Positions 48,924-58,371 of a stretch of 64,000 bases of DNA are shown piece after piece (the stretch's first letter is position 1; the number at the start of each line of letters is the position of its first letter). This DNA is from Porticoccaceae bacterium. Lineage in GTDB: Bacteria; Pseudomonadota; Gammaproteobacteria; Pseudomonadales; Porticoccaceae. The position numbers and the translations under genes are program-made. The DNA lies in assembly GCA_023229065.1 (NCBI GenBank), contig JALNZZ010000001.1, forward strand, positions 2,516-66,515, written 5' to 3'. The notes beneath the pieces are model-generated. The model did not search any database. It saw only the letters and a program-made list of their open reading frames with translations, and was not told where the DNA came from.

Positions 48924-50930
48924 TCAGTGGGATTCGTCTTTCTCTTCTTCGTCATCTTCTTCCTGGCTGCGTGGTGGCAGCAGCAGAGACAAGGGCGCGC
49001 TGCGCACTTGACGCCACACCGCTGTGGCCAGTTTGGGCAAGCTGCTGATGCGTGCTCCCCGGGAGCGCAGGGCAGTCCACAGGGCAAGTGAAAAACTGAC
49101 CCAGAGGTTGATGGCCGCAATAAGTAGAACGCAGGCTCCGTAGTAGAGCCACTGTCTGCTATCCAGAGCCAGCACCCCTGAGGCATAGCCCAGATCGGCG
49201 GAGGAGAATGCTACGTGGCGGATATCCAGGGGTAGCCCCACTAGATAGCCGACGTAACCTGTCATGCCAAGCATGCAGCCAAAGGTAAAGTTGCCGATCA
49301 GGGCGCCATAATTGTCGCTTATGTAGACCGCTAGACGCTGCCGCCAGGCAGCTGGCAGGAAGGGTCGCAGCCAGGGGTGATGGCCCAGGCGGGCGGCGAG
49401 TTCGATGCGGGCGGCGCGGTTGTCGAAATAACCGGACACCAATCCCGACACAAACAGCCAGATGCCAGCGATGCCAGCGTGGAACAGCGCTGGGCTGGCG
49501 GTTATGTCGAGCTTGTAAAGCAGGTAATCGGCGCTGTCGCTATCCAGCGGCGCCTGCCCCAGCCAGTGGTTATAGCCGAGTACCACCAAGTAGGCTACCG
49601 ACATTGCCAGCGCTACATTGCCGGCAATGGCAATAAATTGTGAGCGGCTCACGCGCACCAGCAGTTCTGCCAGCTTGGTGGGGTTGGCTCGCCCTCGTTC
49701 CTCTTCGACAGCATTGGCAAAGTGAGCGGCGGTCATCGCCGGTTGCTTGGTAGCTACTGTGCATCCCACTATATGAATGAGTACAAAGCCCAGGGCGTAG
49801 TTGAGACTGCTCAGCAGCGACTCGGTAAATGGCCCGTGGTTTTGGCCGATGATGTGGATTTTTACCAGCGCCATAAAGGCAATGATAAAGCCGCCTCCCG
49901 CTGCCGAGGCAAGCATGGCGAGATAGTCGCGGCGATCGCTGGTGACGTAGTGCTCGCCGTGATGGCTGGCATTTTCTGTCACGCTGCGCGCCAGCAGCTT
50001 GCTGTTCTGGCGCCAGAGCCCGGCGAGGCTGTGACGCTGTGTGCTGGCAACGACGAGCTGCTTGAATAGCACGATGGCTTTTTCGTTAAAGGCTTCGCGC
50101 TGTCTGACGGTGAGGGTGTCGAGCAACAGCTCAATGCGCTGGAGAGTCTGGTTGAGGCGTTCCAGCAGGAGGGTCAGGTCGAGGCTTGAGCCGCGGGATA
50201 CCATACGCTTGCGCAGCTTCTGCAGGCCTTCCTCACATTGGCTGAGCAGTACTCTGGCGTGATCGTCCTCGTAGAACTCGATTTCATCATCGAGCCACTG
50301 TGCATAGAGACGGACAAACGCCGACAGCTCGCGCTGCTGGGCAACAAAGGCGGAGTCGCGCTTCGCGACATGGGGGTCGAGGCGCTGGATCTCCACGTTC
50401 AACTCTTCCGCTGCCACCCAGATGGAAAGCATCTCGATAGCGTACAGTACTTCGTGGCACACCTTGCGGCGTACTTTCTTGAGTTGCTCGCGGTCGTGAT
50501 TCCACAGAATGGAAAGCAGGTCAATCCAGCTTTCGGTGGGAATGGCTACCACCCAGTCTGCATCGCTGGGGTCGTGAAAAATGGACCCGAGAGCATCGCG
50601 GATATTATTGTCATCCGCTGGCAGTGGGTTGAGCCTTTCATAGAGACGGGTGAAAAATTCCCGGCTGAATCCGCGCCGCGCAAGGACGCCGAGTGACGTA
50701 AAGACTTCAAAGTAACCAGCCCCCATCAGCCAGTCTTGCAAGCAGCTGGAGAGTTTGGCGTGATGATCGGGGTGCTCCCTCAGCCATTGCTGCAAGGCAT
50801 CCATGCGAGCGATCACCGCATCGCTTGTCTCTTTGCGGCGCGGGCGAAGCCAGTCGACAATGCGCTTCATGGCCTCCACTGCGGTGAGCGTTTCAGTGGT
50901 TTCCAGATAATTGAACAGTTTGTTTCTCAA
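48924..50930 (-). CDS. large membrane protein of the family historically labelled site-specific recombinase (Gcr-type, PF10136-like)
   Basis: 668 aa with a soluble helical N-terminal half and a polytopic C-terminal half, plus an acidic tail EEDDEEEKDE. The family label is recalled from memory. No recombinase catalytic motifs are seen. Confidence 0.5.
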   Translation of the reverse strand: MRNKLFNYLETTETLTAVEAMKRIVDWLRPRRKETSDAVIARMDALQQWLREHPDHHAKLSSCLQDWLMGAGYFEVFTSLGVLARRGFSREFFTRLYERLNPLPADDNNIRDALGSIFHDPSDADWVVAIPTESWIDLLSILWNHDREQLKKVRRKVCHEVLYAIEMLSIWVAAEELNVEIQRLDPHVAKRDSAFVAQQRELSAFVRLYAQWLDDEIEFYEDDHARVLLSQCEEGLQKLRKRMVSRGSSLDLTLLLERLNQTLQRIELLLDTLTVRQREAFNEKAIVLFKQLVVASTQRHSLAGLWRQNSKLLARSVTENASHHGEHYVTSDRRDYLAMLASAAGGGFIIAFMALVKIHIIGQNHGPFTESLLSSLNYALGFVLIHIVGCTVATKQPAMTAAHFANAVEEERGRANPTKLAELLVRVSRSQFIAIAGNVALAMSVAYLVVLGYNHWLGQAPLDSDSADYLLYKLDITASPALFHAGIAGIWLFVSGLVSGYFDNRAARIELAARLGHHPWLRPFLPAAWRQRLAVYISDNYGALIGNFTFGCMLGMTGYVGYLVGLPLDIRHVAFSSADLGYASGVLALDSRQWLYYGACVLLIAAINLWVSFSLALWTALRSRGARISSLPKLATAVWRQVRSAPLSLLLPPRSQEEDDEEEKDESH

Positions 50931-51004
50931 AAGTGCTCCCCGTGGTGGGTCTGGTCAGGTGGATAGGGCGCCGTAGTGGGTCGCAGGCGCCCCTTGTCGA
51001 GTGC

Positions 51005-53392
51005 TCAGCCTAAAGGCCAGCTCCAGCCGGTGATCTCCTCGCTGTCCACCCCATGCTCATGGGCATGGTGGCGGGCGGCAATCTGCAGGTCTCGCAACTT
51101 TTCCTTCACATGGGCGCCTCGGGTGCGCAGCTTCGCTACCCGGTCGATGGCGTTGATAGCCAGGCTGTAGCGATCGACATTGTTGGCGATAGCCAGTTCG
51201 AGAGGGGTATTGATGCTGCCTTTCTCGATATAACCGCGCACGTGCAAGTTGGCGTGGTTGGTGCGCCGGTAGGCGAGGCGATGAATCAGCCAGGGGTAGC
51301 CGTGGAAGTTGAAGATGATGGGCTTATCGACGGTAAACAGACTGTCGAAGTCGCGATCGCTGAGGCCGTGGGGGTGAGCAGTATCGGGCGTCATGCGGAA
51401 CAGATCGACTACGTTGATAAAGCGAATCTTGAGATCCGGGAAGTGCTCTCGCAGCAGTGCTGTGGCAGCCAGAGCCTCCTGGGTAGCGAGATCGCCACAG
51501 CCGGCCATCACCAGATCCGGCTCACTGCCCTGATCGTTGCTGGCCCAGTCCCAGATACCGATGCCCTTGGTGCAGTGGATAATAGCGGCCTCCATGTCGA
51601 GGTACTGCAGGTGGTTCTGCTTGTCGCAGACGATGACATTGATGTCGTTGTGGCTGCGTAGACAGTGGTCTGCGGTGGACAGCAGACAGTTGGCATCCGG
51701 GGGCAAGTAGATACGTGTTACCGCTGGGTTCTTGTTGACAACCAGATCGAGAAAACCGGGGTCCTGGTGAGTAAAGCCATTGTGGTCCTGGCGCCACACG
51801 GTGGAGGTGATCAGCAGATTGATAGAGGCGATGGGGGCTCGCCAGGAAAGGTCTTCGCAAATGGCCAGCCATTTGGCGTGCTGGTTGAACATGGAGTCGA
51901 TGATATGAACGAAGGATTCGTAAGTGGCAAAGAAGCCGTGGCGTCCTGTGAGTACATAGCCCTCAAACCAGCCCTGCAAAGTGTGCTCGGAGAGTATCTC
52001 CAGTACACGGCCGTCCGCTGCCAGTTCACCGCCGTCATCATCTGCCGGCAGACGGTCTGCCAGCCACAGCTTTTTGCTCACCTCGTAAATGGCGTCGAGC
52101 TTGTTGGAGGTGTTCTCGTCGGGACCGAAGACCCGGAAGTTGTTCATGTTGCGGGCCATGGTGTCGCGCAACAGTGCGCCAAGAGGCTTGGTATTCATGG
52201 CGCGGTACTTGCCGGGGCGGGAATGCTCGCCGGGCTGCGAGAGGGCCACCGCGTAATCGCGAAAATCCGGCAGCCTCAGGTCGCGGCGCAGCAAGCCCCC
52301 GTTGGCGTGGGGATTCGCGCCCATGCGTCGACGGCCCTCGGGTGCCAGCTTGCGCAGATGCTCGACAAGGCGCCCTTCGGCATTGAACAGTTCTTCGGGG
52401 CCATAGCTGCGCAGCCACTGCTCCAGCCGGCGCAGATTGCTGGGGTTGCTATGCACGTCGGCGAGGGGCACCTGGTGAGAGCGCCAGCTCCCCTCCACCT
52501 GGTGGCCGTTGGCAGTTTTGGGGCCGGTCCAGCCTTTGGGGGAGCGCAGCACAATCATCGGCCAGCGCGGTCGCTCCAGCGAGTCGCCGCTGCGGGCTCG
52601 GTGCTGGATTGCCTTGATGGCATCAACACACTGATCAAGGGCCGCAGCCATCTGTTGGTGCATCACTGCGGGGTCGTCCCCTTCGACGAAAAAAGGCGTC
52701 CAGCCGTAGCCGCGAAACAGACTGTCCAGTTCGTCGTGGCTGATGCGGGCGAGGATGGTAGGGTTGTTGATCTTATAGCCATTGAGGTGGAGGATGGGCA
52801 GTACAGCACCGTCGCGTGCGGGGTTGAGAAACTTGTTGGAGTGCCAGGCGGTGGCCAGCGGCCCAGTTTCAGCCTCGCCATCGCCGACGGCGGTAAAGAC
52901 GATCAGGTCGGGGTTGTCAAAAGCGGCCCCAAAGGCGTGCGACAAGCTGTAGCCCAGCTCGCCGCCCTCGTGGATGGAGCCGGGCAGCTCGGGAGTGCAA
53001 TGGCTGCCGAAGCCGCCGGGGAAAGAAAAGTGGCGGAACAGGGCGGCGATGCCCTCCTCGTCCTCGCCAAACTCGGGGTAGATCTCGGAGAAGCTGCCTT
53101 CCAGGTAGACAGGAGCGAGCACGCCGGGCGCACCGTGGCCAGGACCAGTGATAAAAATGGCATTGAGGTCACTGGCGCGGATTACCCTGTTGGCATGAAC
53201 GTACATGAACGACAGCCCGGGGCTTGCGCCCCAGTGGCCGAGCAGGCGTTTTTTGATATGTTCCGGTTTGAGCGGTTCCTTCAACAGGGGGTTGTCGCGC
53301 AAGTAGATCATGCCGGCGGCCAGATAGTTGCAGGCGCGCCAGTAGGCGTGGATTGCGTCGAGCTGGTCGGGAGAGAGGGGATTCGTGCTCAT
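51005..53392 (-). CDS. xfp: xylulose-5-phosphate/fructose-6-phosphate phosphoketolase
   Basis: Signatures [13 protein letters not shown] and GDGEAETGP (TPP binding). About 795 aa. Start chosen at [11 protein letters not shown]. Confidence 0.93.
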   Translation of the reverse strand: MSTNPLSPDQLDAIHAYWRACNYLAAGMIYLRDNPLLKEPLKPEHIKKRLLGHWGASPGLSFMYVHANRVIRASDLNAIFITGPGHGAPGVLAPVYLEGSFSEIYPEFGEDEEGIAALFRHFSFPGGFGSHCTPELPGSIHEGGELGYSLSHAFGAAFDNPDLIVFTAVGDGEAETGPLATAWHSNKFLNPARDGAVLPILHLNGYKINNPTILARISHDELDSLFRGYGWTPFFVEGDDPAVMHQQMAAALDQCVDAIKAIQHRARSGDSLERPRWPMIVLRSPKGWTGPKTANGHQVEGSWRSHQVPLADVHSNPSNLRRLEQWLRSYGPEELFNAEGRLVEHLRKLAPEGRRRMGANPHANGGLLRRDLRLPDFRDYAVALSQPGEHSRPGKYRAMNTKPLGALLRDTMARNMNNFRVFGPDENTSNKLDAIYEVSKKLWLADRLPADDDGGELAADGRVLEILSEHTLQGWFEGYVLTGRHGFFATYESFVHIIDSMFNQHAKWLAICEDLSWRAPIASINLLITSTVWRQDHNGFTHQDPGFLDLVVNKNPAVTRIYLPPDANCLLSTADHCLRSHNDINVIVCDKQNHLQYLDMEAAIIHCTKGIGIWDWASNDQGSEPDLVMAGCGDLATQEALAATALLREHFPDLKIRFINVVDLFRMTPDTAHPHGLSDRDFDSLFTVDKPIIFNFHGYPWLIHRLAYRRTNHANLHVRGYIEKGSINTPLELAIANNVDRYSLAINAIDRVAKLRTRGAHVKEKLRDLQIAARHHAHEHGVDSEEITGWSWPLG

Positions 53393-53405
53393 ATTCTGGC
53401 TCCGG

Positions 53406-54551
53406 TCAGTGGTTCGTGGGGTGCGTTGGCGAAGGTGACGCACCCAGAAGTTCCAAAGTTTGGCGGGCGATTTCTAGCTCCTCGTTGGTGGGAATGACTA
53501 GCACGGCGACGTTGGAGCTCTCGCGGTGGATGGGACTGATGATACCCATTGCTGCCTCGTTGCGCTCGGGGTCGATGGCGATGCCGAGAAGGTCCAGGCC
53601 GGCGCAGGCCTGGGCGCGCACCCAGGGGTGATTCTCGCCAACGCCGGCGGTGAACACCAGAGCGTCCAGCCCTCCCAGGGCGGCGGCATAGGCGCCGATG
53701 TATTTGCGGATGCGGTAGGTATAGATGTCCAGAGCCAGGCGTGCGTACGCGTCGTTGCCGTCGGCGCGCGCCCGCACCTCGCGCATGTCGGCGCTGCCGC
53801 ACAGACCCAGCAGGCCGCTCTCTCGCGTCAGCACGGTTTCCAGTTCAGCGAGGGACAGTCCGTTAGTGCGCGCAAGGTGAAAGAGAATGCCCGGATCCAG
53901 ATCGCCAGCGCGGGTGCCCATCATCAGTCCTTCCAGCGGTGTCAGCCCCATGGAGGTGTCGATGCATTGGCCGCTGTCGATGGCGGCGGCGCTGGCGCCG
54001 TTGCCGAGGTGCAGGCTGATCATTTTCAGGTCGCCGCGCTCCAGGTACTCCGCTGCTCGCTTGGACACATAGCCGTGGGAAATGCCGTGAAAGCCGAAGC
54101 GCCGTACACCGTACTGTTCCGGCAGTGGGTAGCGCCGCGCCCGTTCCGGCAGGGCGTGGTGGAAGGCGGTATCGAACGCCGCTACCTGGGGCAGGTCGGG
54201 GAAGTGACGCCGGCAGCCGCGCATGATAGCCAGGGCGGGCGGGTTGTGGAGCGGCGCCAGATCGGCGAGGCGATCGAGGGCGGACAGCGCCTCTTCGTCG
54301 ATGAGCGCGGCGCGCCCGAAGGCATCGCCACCGTGCACCACCCGGTGGCCGATGGCCGTCAGCGTCTCGCCGACCGGCAGAGCGCTGTGCACCTCCGCCA
54401 CGACCTGTTCGAGCGCCTGACCGTGATCGCTGTCGCCGGCGGCGGAGCTCAGGCCGTCGAGGGTGCCGGCGGCGAGCTGATGGAGGTCGCCGCGCCGGTA
54501 CAGGCGGTACTTCAGGGACGAGCTGCCGGCGTTGAGGATCAGCAGGGCCAT
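53406..54551 (-). CDS. ackA: acetate kinase
   Basis: [18 protein letters not shown] and VFTAGVGEN motifs. 381 aa. Lies 13 nt upstream of xfp. Confidence 0.92.
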   Translation of the reverse strand: MALLILNAGSSSLKYRLYRRGDLHQLAAGTLDGLSSAAGDSDHGQALEQVVAEVHSALPVGETLTAIGHRVVHGGDAFGRAALIDEEALSALDRLADLAPLHNPPALAIMRGCRRHFPDLPQVAAFDTAFHHALPERARRYPLPEQYGVRRFGFHGISHGYVSKRAAEYLERGDLKMISLHLGNGASAAAIDSGQCIDTSMGLTPLEGLMMGTRAGDLDPGILFHLARTNGLSLAELETVLTRESGLLGLCGSADMREVRARADGNDAYARLALDIYTYRIRKYIGAYAAALGGLDALVFTAGVGENHPWVRAQACAGLDLLGIAIDPERNEAAMGIISPIHRESSNVAVLVIPTNEELEIARQTLELLGASPSPTHPTNH

Positions 54552-54839
54552 GTGAGTTCTCCCGGTGGAGGGTGCAGGACATGCTCAGGCAGCGCTCATT
54601 GCTTGGGAGCATGGAGTTCCAAAGATACGCCGACAGACAGGCTGCGGCCTAATCTCCTATGCCACTACAATATCCCTGTAATCCGATGACATGACAAGGC
54701 TTATAATGGTAGCCTTCGCGCGCTGTACCACTGCTATAGCGTTGTTAAAACAGCATTTTGTTGCCCACGGTTTTCAGTGAGCGTCACTAGGGGACACTCG
54801 ATGCTGCTCTGACCGGGTAGCTTTCTACGCAGGGTATTT

Positions 54840-54866
54840 TTCATCGTACGGATGTTCATCGTACGG
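54840..54866. repeat. tandem direct repeat TTCATCGTACGG x2 (15-bp period) upstream of the glycosyltransferase gene
   Basis: The copies at 54840-54851 and 54855-54866 are identical, and each contains the palindrome CGTACG. The repeat lies 45-70 nt upstream of the ATG at 54911. Confidence 0.7.
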
Positions 54867-54910
54867 GTGGTCTGGCAAGGATCCTCAATAATAGACTACA
54901 GGGCTGTCTC

Positions 54911-56674
54911 ATGAAATTGGTGGCTATTCCCGCAACAGGTGAAGGATTCCCTGTGCTGAGTATTATCCTTCCCTACTATCGCAAGCTGGAGGATTTCCGC
55001 CGGGTACTGCCGATAAACGCGCCGTTTTTCGCTCGTCCTGGTATAGAAGTGCTGTTGGTGCTGGATGAACCATCGGAAGAAGACGCACTTCTCGAATTGC
55101 TCAAAGCCTACCGGGACATTCGCTGGCGGGTGTTCGTCAATGATTTACCACACCTTTGGCGTCCACCCTGTCGGGCGATTAATGTGGGTATCAGGCAGGC
55201 ATTGGGGGAGTTCATACTGGTGTGCTCCCCCGAATCTGCTTTTGTTACTGACGTGGCTGCTATCGCGCTGCGTGCATTGCAGGATCAGCCCCGTTCAGCA
55301 GTGCTGGGTCAGGTGGGTTTTGGGGTTTTTTCGGCTATACGGCAACGGGCGGATCTACAGCGGGCATTTGTGGCGGCAGTGCCGGAACCGAAGCGTCTGA
55401 ATACCTTCTATGGCTCAATCTGTGCGCCGAAAGCGGCCTTTGAAGAAGTTCGTGGTTATGACGAGTCGTTTGATTCCTGGGGTGGGGATGATGATAACTT
55501 GCGGGTGCGCATGGAAATGGCGGGTTATGGAAATCTGTTGTGCCCCCATATGCGCTTGTTGCATCTTTCCGATGCGCCAAGGGTGGCGGAAGGCCGGAAG
55601 TTTAATCCTCAAGAGGCTTTTCACCGCCGCTCCCCATCCAGTGCTTTGGCCAATCCCTTAGAGTGGGGGCGTGATTTTAAGCGCTTAACCTACCAATGGT
55701 CGCCACCGTCAGAAACGACAGCTCTTGCGCAGGGCCATTGGTCAGCCGCTTTGATGGCGGCAATTCCTGCTCTTGCCACTCAGGCAGTGGGGTCGAAGAG
55801 ACAGTGCCCCGCCTGTGCCCGGTCGGTACACTACACAAAGTCTTTGTTCTCTTGCCTCACCTGTGATGTCAAACTGGAGTCCATTGCGCGCCGCGCCAGA
55901 ACGCGGCCAAAAGTCGCGTGTGTGATGCAGTTGCACAACGAGGAGCGAAACCTGCCCGGTTGTTTGGACCATATCCGGGATTATGTCGATGGCATTATTG
56001 CCCTCGATGACGGCTCCACGGATTCGACTGCTGAGATACTGGCTCGGGAGGACAGGGTAGTGGACTGTTTGAGAAATCCTGCCAATCCAGACCATCAATG
56101 GGCAGAGTTGGAAAACAAGGCCCGCCTGCTTGAGCGTGCTCGCCAGCTGGGATTTGACTGGGTTGTTGTTTGTGATGCGGACGAACGCTTCGAAACCCTT
56201 TTTCTGCAGCAGCTGGGTGACATTGCCGCGTCATTTCCCGATAGCGATTTACCTGTTTTTTCTCTGGCGTTTCGTGAACTGTGGAACGACCCATTGCACT
56301 TTCGAACTGATGGCCTGTGGGGTCGAAAAAGGCAGGCGCGCTTTTTCCGGGTGCCAGAAGTCATTGCCTTTAAGCAAAACCAGGCATTTCACGGCGAGTG
56401 GTATCCGGATATGGTAAGAGAGAAAGGCAGGCTCTATTCCACGGGTTATCAACTGTATCACCTGAAGATGATTTTCCGGGAAGACAGGATAAAGCGCCGG
56501 GATTTTTACAAAGCGATTGACCCTGAAAACCGTTTCCAGGCTCATGGCTATGATTATCTTGCCGAAGAAGGCGACGGAGTCAGGCTTGAACGGGTCGCTC
56601 CCGGACGTGAATATGCCTTCGATACAATCCCGGAAGCTCTCAGAGCTGTTTATGATCGAATGGCACTTGGTTAA
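54911..56674 (+). CDS. two-domain family-2 glycosyltransferase with central zinc-ribbon
   Basis: N-terminal GT2 (SIILPYYRK..., DDDN). Central CPACARSVHY..SCLTCD has two CxxC pairs. Second GT2 (ACVMQLHNEERNL, IALDDGSTDST, VCDADE). By eye, codon third positions are more A/T-rich than in the neighbours. Confidence 0.75.
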   Translation: MKLVAIPATGEGFPVLSIILPYYRKLEDFRRVLPINAPFFARPGIEVLLVLDEPSEEDALLELLKAYRDIRWRVFVNDLPHLWRPPCRAINVGIRQALGEFILVCSPESAFVTDVAAIALRALQDQPRSAVLGQVGFGVFSAIRQRADLQRAFVAAVPEPKRLNTFYGSICAPKAAFEEVRGYDESFDSWGGDDDNLRVRMEMAGYGNLLCPHMRLLHLSDAPRVAEGRKFNPQEAFHRRSPSSALANPLEWGRDFKRLTYQWSPPSETTALAQGHWSAALMAAIPALATQAVGSKRQCPACARSVHYTKSLFSCLTCDVKLESIARRARTRPKVACVMQLHNEERNLPGCLDHIRDYVDGIIALDDGSTDSTAEILAREDRVVDCLRNPANPDHQWAELENKARLLERARQLGFDWVVVCDADERFETLFLQQLGDIAASFPDSDLPVFSLAFRELWNDPLHFRTDGLWGRKRQARFFRVPEVIAFKQNQAFHGEWYPDMVREKGRLYSTGYQLYHLKMIFREDRIKRRDFYKAIDPENRFQAHGYDYLAEEGDGVRLERVAPGREYAFDTIPEALRAVYDRMALG

Positions 56675-56688
56675 ACACCTTGTAACCC

Positions 56689-56852
56689 GGTCACTGCCTG
56701 GGGAGGCTGCTTTCGAGACACGCCGTGAACCCATCCCTGGGGGCTCGTCATCGGCATCTGACCGCCAGGGATGGCGGAAATGCGGATTTTGCAGGAGCAA
56801 AAATCTGCCCTGCCGATGACGGTCTCGAAAGCAGCCTCCCCAGACAGCGACC
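56689..56852. repeat. 164-bp composite imperfect palindrome
   Basis: Outer arms 56689-56719 / 56822-56852 pair 29 of 31. Inner arms CGTCATCGGCA (56746-56756) / TGCCGATGACG (56811-56821). An apical hairpin lies at 56781-56808. A competing pair CCATCCCTGG (56731-56740) / CCAGGGATGG (56765-56774) crosses the inner stem. Confidence 0.8.
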
Positions 56853-57158
56853 TCACACGGTGCGAGAGCTTAGCCAAGCACCATTCCATCATGATCTGCT
56901 GCGCGAGTTATTATAAGGCAGTACCGCTTGAAGTCGCCGCCAGAGACGCTCCAGTGCCAGCCCGCTCAAGGCAAGGAATCACGTTTTTGGCGTGGACCTT
57001 CCGTTGGTGACTCATATCCAGAGCAGGACTAACAGGCGTTGCCCTCCTCCGGTTTCTACCCCCTTCGGGCAGAGGCCCCTTTATTTGCAGGCGCCAGACC
57101 AGTAAAATTGGCAACTTTTCCTTCCAATCCCCTTCCGCTCAGTATCAGAGGCTCTGCC

Positions 57159-58277
57159 ATGAAACCGTCCGTCAAGCCGGCCAACCCCAATTTTTCTTCC
57201 GGCCCCTGCAGCAAGCGCCCAGGCTATGATCTCGCCGCTCTGGACACCCGTAGTCTCGGCCGCTCCCACCGCGCCGCCATTGGCAAGGAGCTTCTTGGCA
57301 AGGCCTGCAGCCTGACAGCGGAAATTCTGGGACTGCCGGAAGGCTATCGGGTGGGCGTGGTGCCCGCCTCCGACACCGGTGCGGTAGAGATGGCTCTGTG
57401 GTCCCTGCTCGGTCCCCGCAAAGTACAGATGTTTGCCTGGGAGTCCTTTGGCGAGGGCTGGGTGACAGATGTAGTCAAGCAGCTCAAGCTCGACAATGTC
57501 GAAACCATCAAGGCTGACTACGGCCAGTTGCCGGACATGGGCCGCGCCGATCCCGCCGCCGATGTGGTGTTTACCTGGAATGGCACCACTTCAGGTGTCA
57601 AAGTACCTGATGCCGACTGGATTGCCGACGACCGCGAAGGGCTCACGATCTGCGACGCGACCTCAGCCGTCTTTGCGATGAATCTGCCTTTTGAAAAACT
57701 CGATGTGATTACCTACAGCTGGCAAAAGGTGCTGGGCGGCGAAGGCGCGCATGGCATGTTGATTCTCAGCCCTCGTGCCGTTGAGCGGCTGGAGTCCTAC
57801 AGTCCGCCGTGGCCGCTGCCGAAAATCTTCCGCATGACCAAAGGCGGCAAGCTGATCGAGGGTATCTTCAGAGGTGAAACCATCAACACCCCCTCCATGC
57901 TGTGTGTGGTGGACTACCTCGATGCCCTCCAATGGGTGCAGGATATTGGCGGTGTTGCGGCAACCATTGCCCGCGCTGAAGAAAACCTGGCGGTAATCGA
58001 AGAGTTTGTTGCTAGCCGCGAGTGGATCCATTTTCTTGCTGCTGACAAAACCGTGCGCTCCAACACCAGCGTGTGCCTCACCCTCGACCTGGAAGCTGAC
58101 CAGGTCAAGCAGATCGTCAAGCTGCTGGATACCGAGGGCGTAGCCTATGATATTGGCGCGTACCGTGATGCCCCTGCGGGCCTGCGTATCTGGTGTGGTG
58201 CCACCGTCTCCAGTGACGATATACGAGCTCTGATGCCGTGGATCGAGTGGGCCTATAACACTGTCCGGGCGTCGTAA
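57159..58277 (+). CDS. serC: phosphoserine aminotransferase (approx. 370-aa alternative SerC type)
   Basis: Starts [17 protein letters not shown]. The PLP lysine context is [10 protein letters not shown]. Followed by serA. Start chosen at 57159, not the ORF-track 57039. Confidence 0.8.
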   Translation: MKPSVKPANPNFSSGPCSKRPGYDLAALDTRSLGRSHRAAIGKELLGKACSLTAEILGLPEGYRVGVVPASDTGAVEMALWSLLGPRKVQMFAWESFGEGWVTDVVKQLKLDNVETIKADYGQLPDMGRADPAADVVFTWNGTTSGVKVPDADWIADDREGLTICDATSAVFAMNLPFEKLDVITYSWQKVLGGEGAHGMLILSPRAVERLESYSPPWPLPKIFRMTKGGKLIEGIFRGETINTPSMLCVVDYLDALQWVQDIGGVAATIARAEENLAVIEEFVASREWIHFLAADKTVRSNTSVCLTLDLEADQVKQIVKLLDTEGVAYDIGAYRDAPAGLRIWCGATVSSDDIRALMPWIEWAYNTVRAS

Positions 58278-58371
58278 TACCCCGGATTATGATGTAAATA
58301 GCCCCTACCGCTGATCGCTCTGGATCGGCGGTAGGGGCGCTCCGAATTTCTTTACTTATCGAGGCAATGCC

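Noticed and set aside
48924-50930. Possible mobile-element recombinase, because the family is named site-specific recombinase.
   Set aside because: It is a polytopic membrane protein without Tyr/Ser recombinase motifs, and I saw no flanking inverted or direct repeats, att-like sites or tRNA. I do not treat it as a mobile element.
56517-56892. Two overlapping ORFs on opposite strands (56517-56819 plus strand, 56671-56892 minus strand) that both encode ...GEAAFET....
   Set aside because: The shared peptide is an artefact of translating the two arms of the 164-bp palindrome. Neither ORF has a start context or homology signal.
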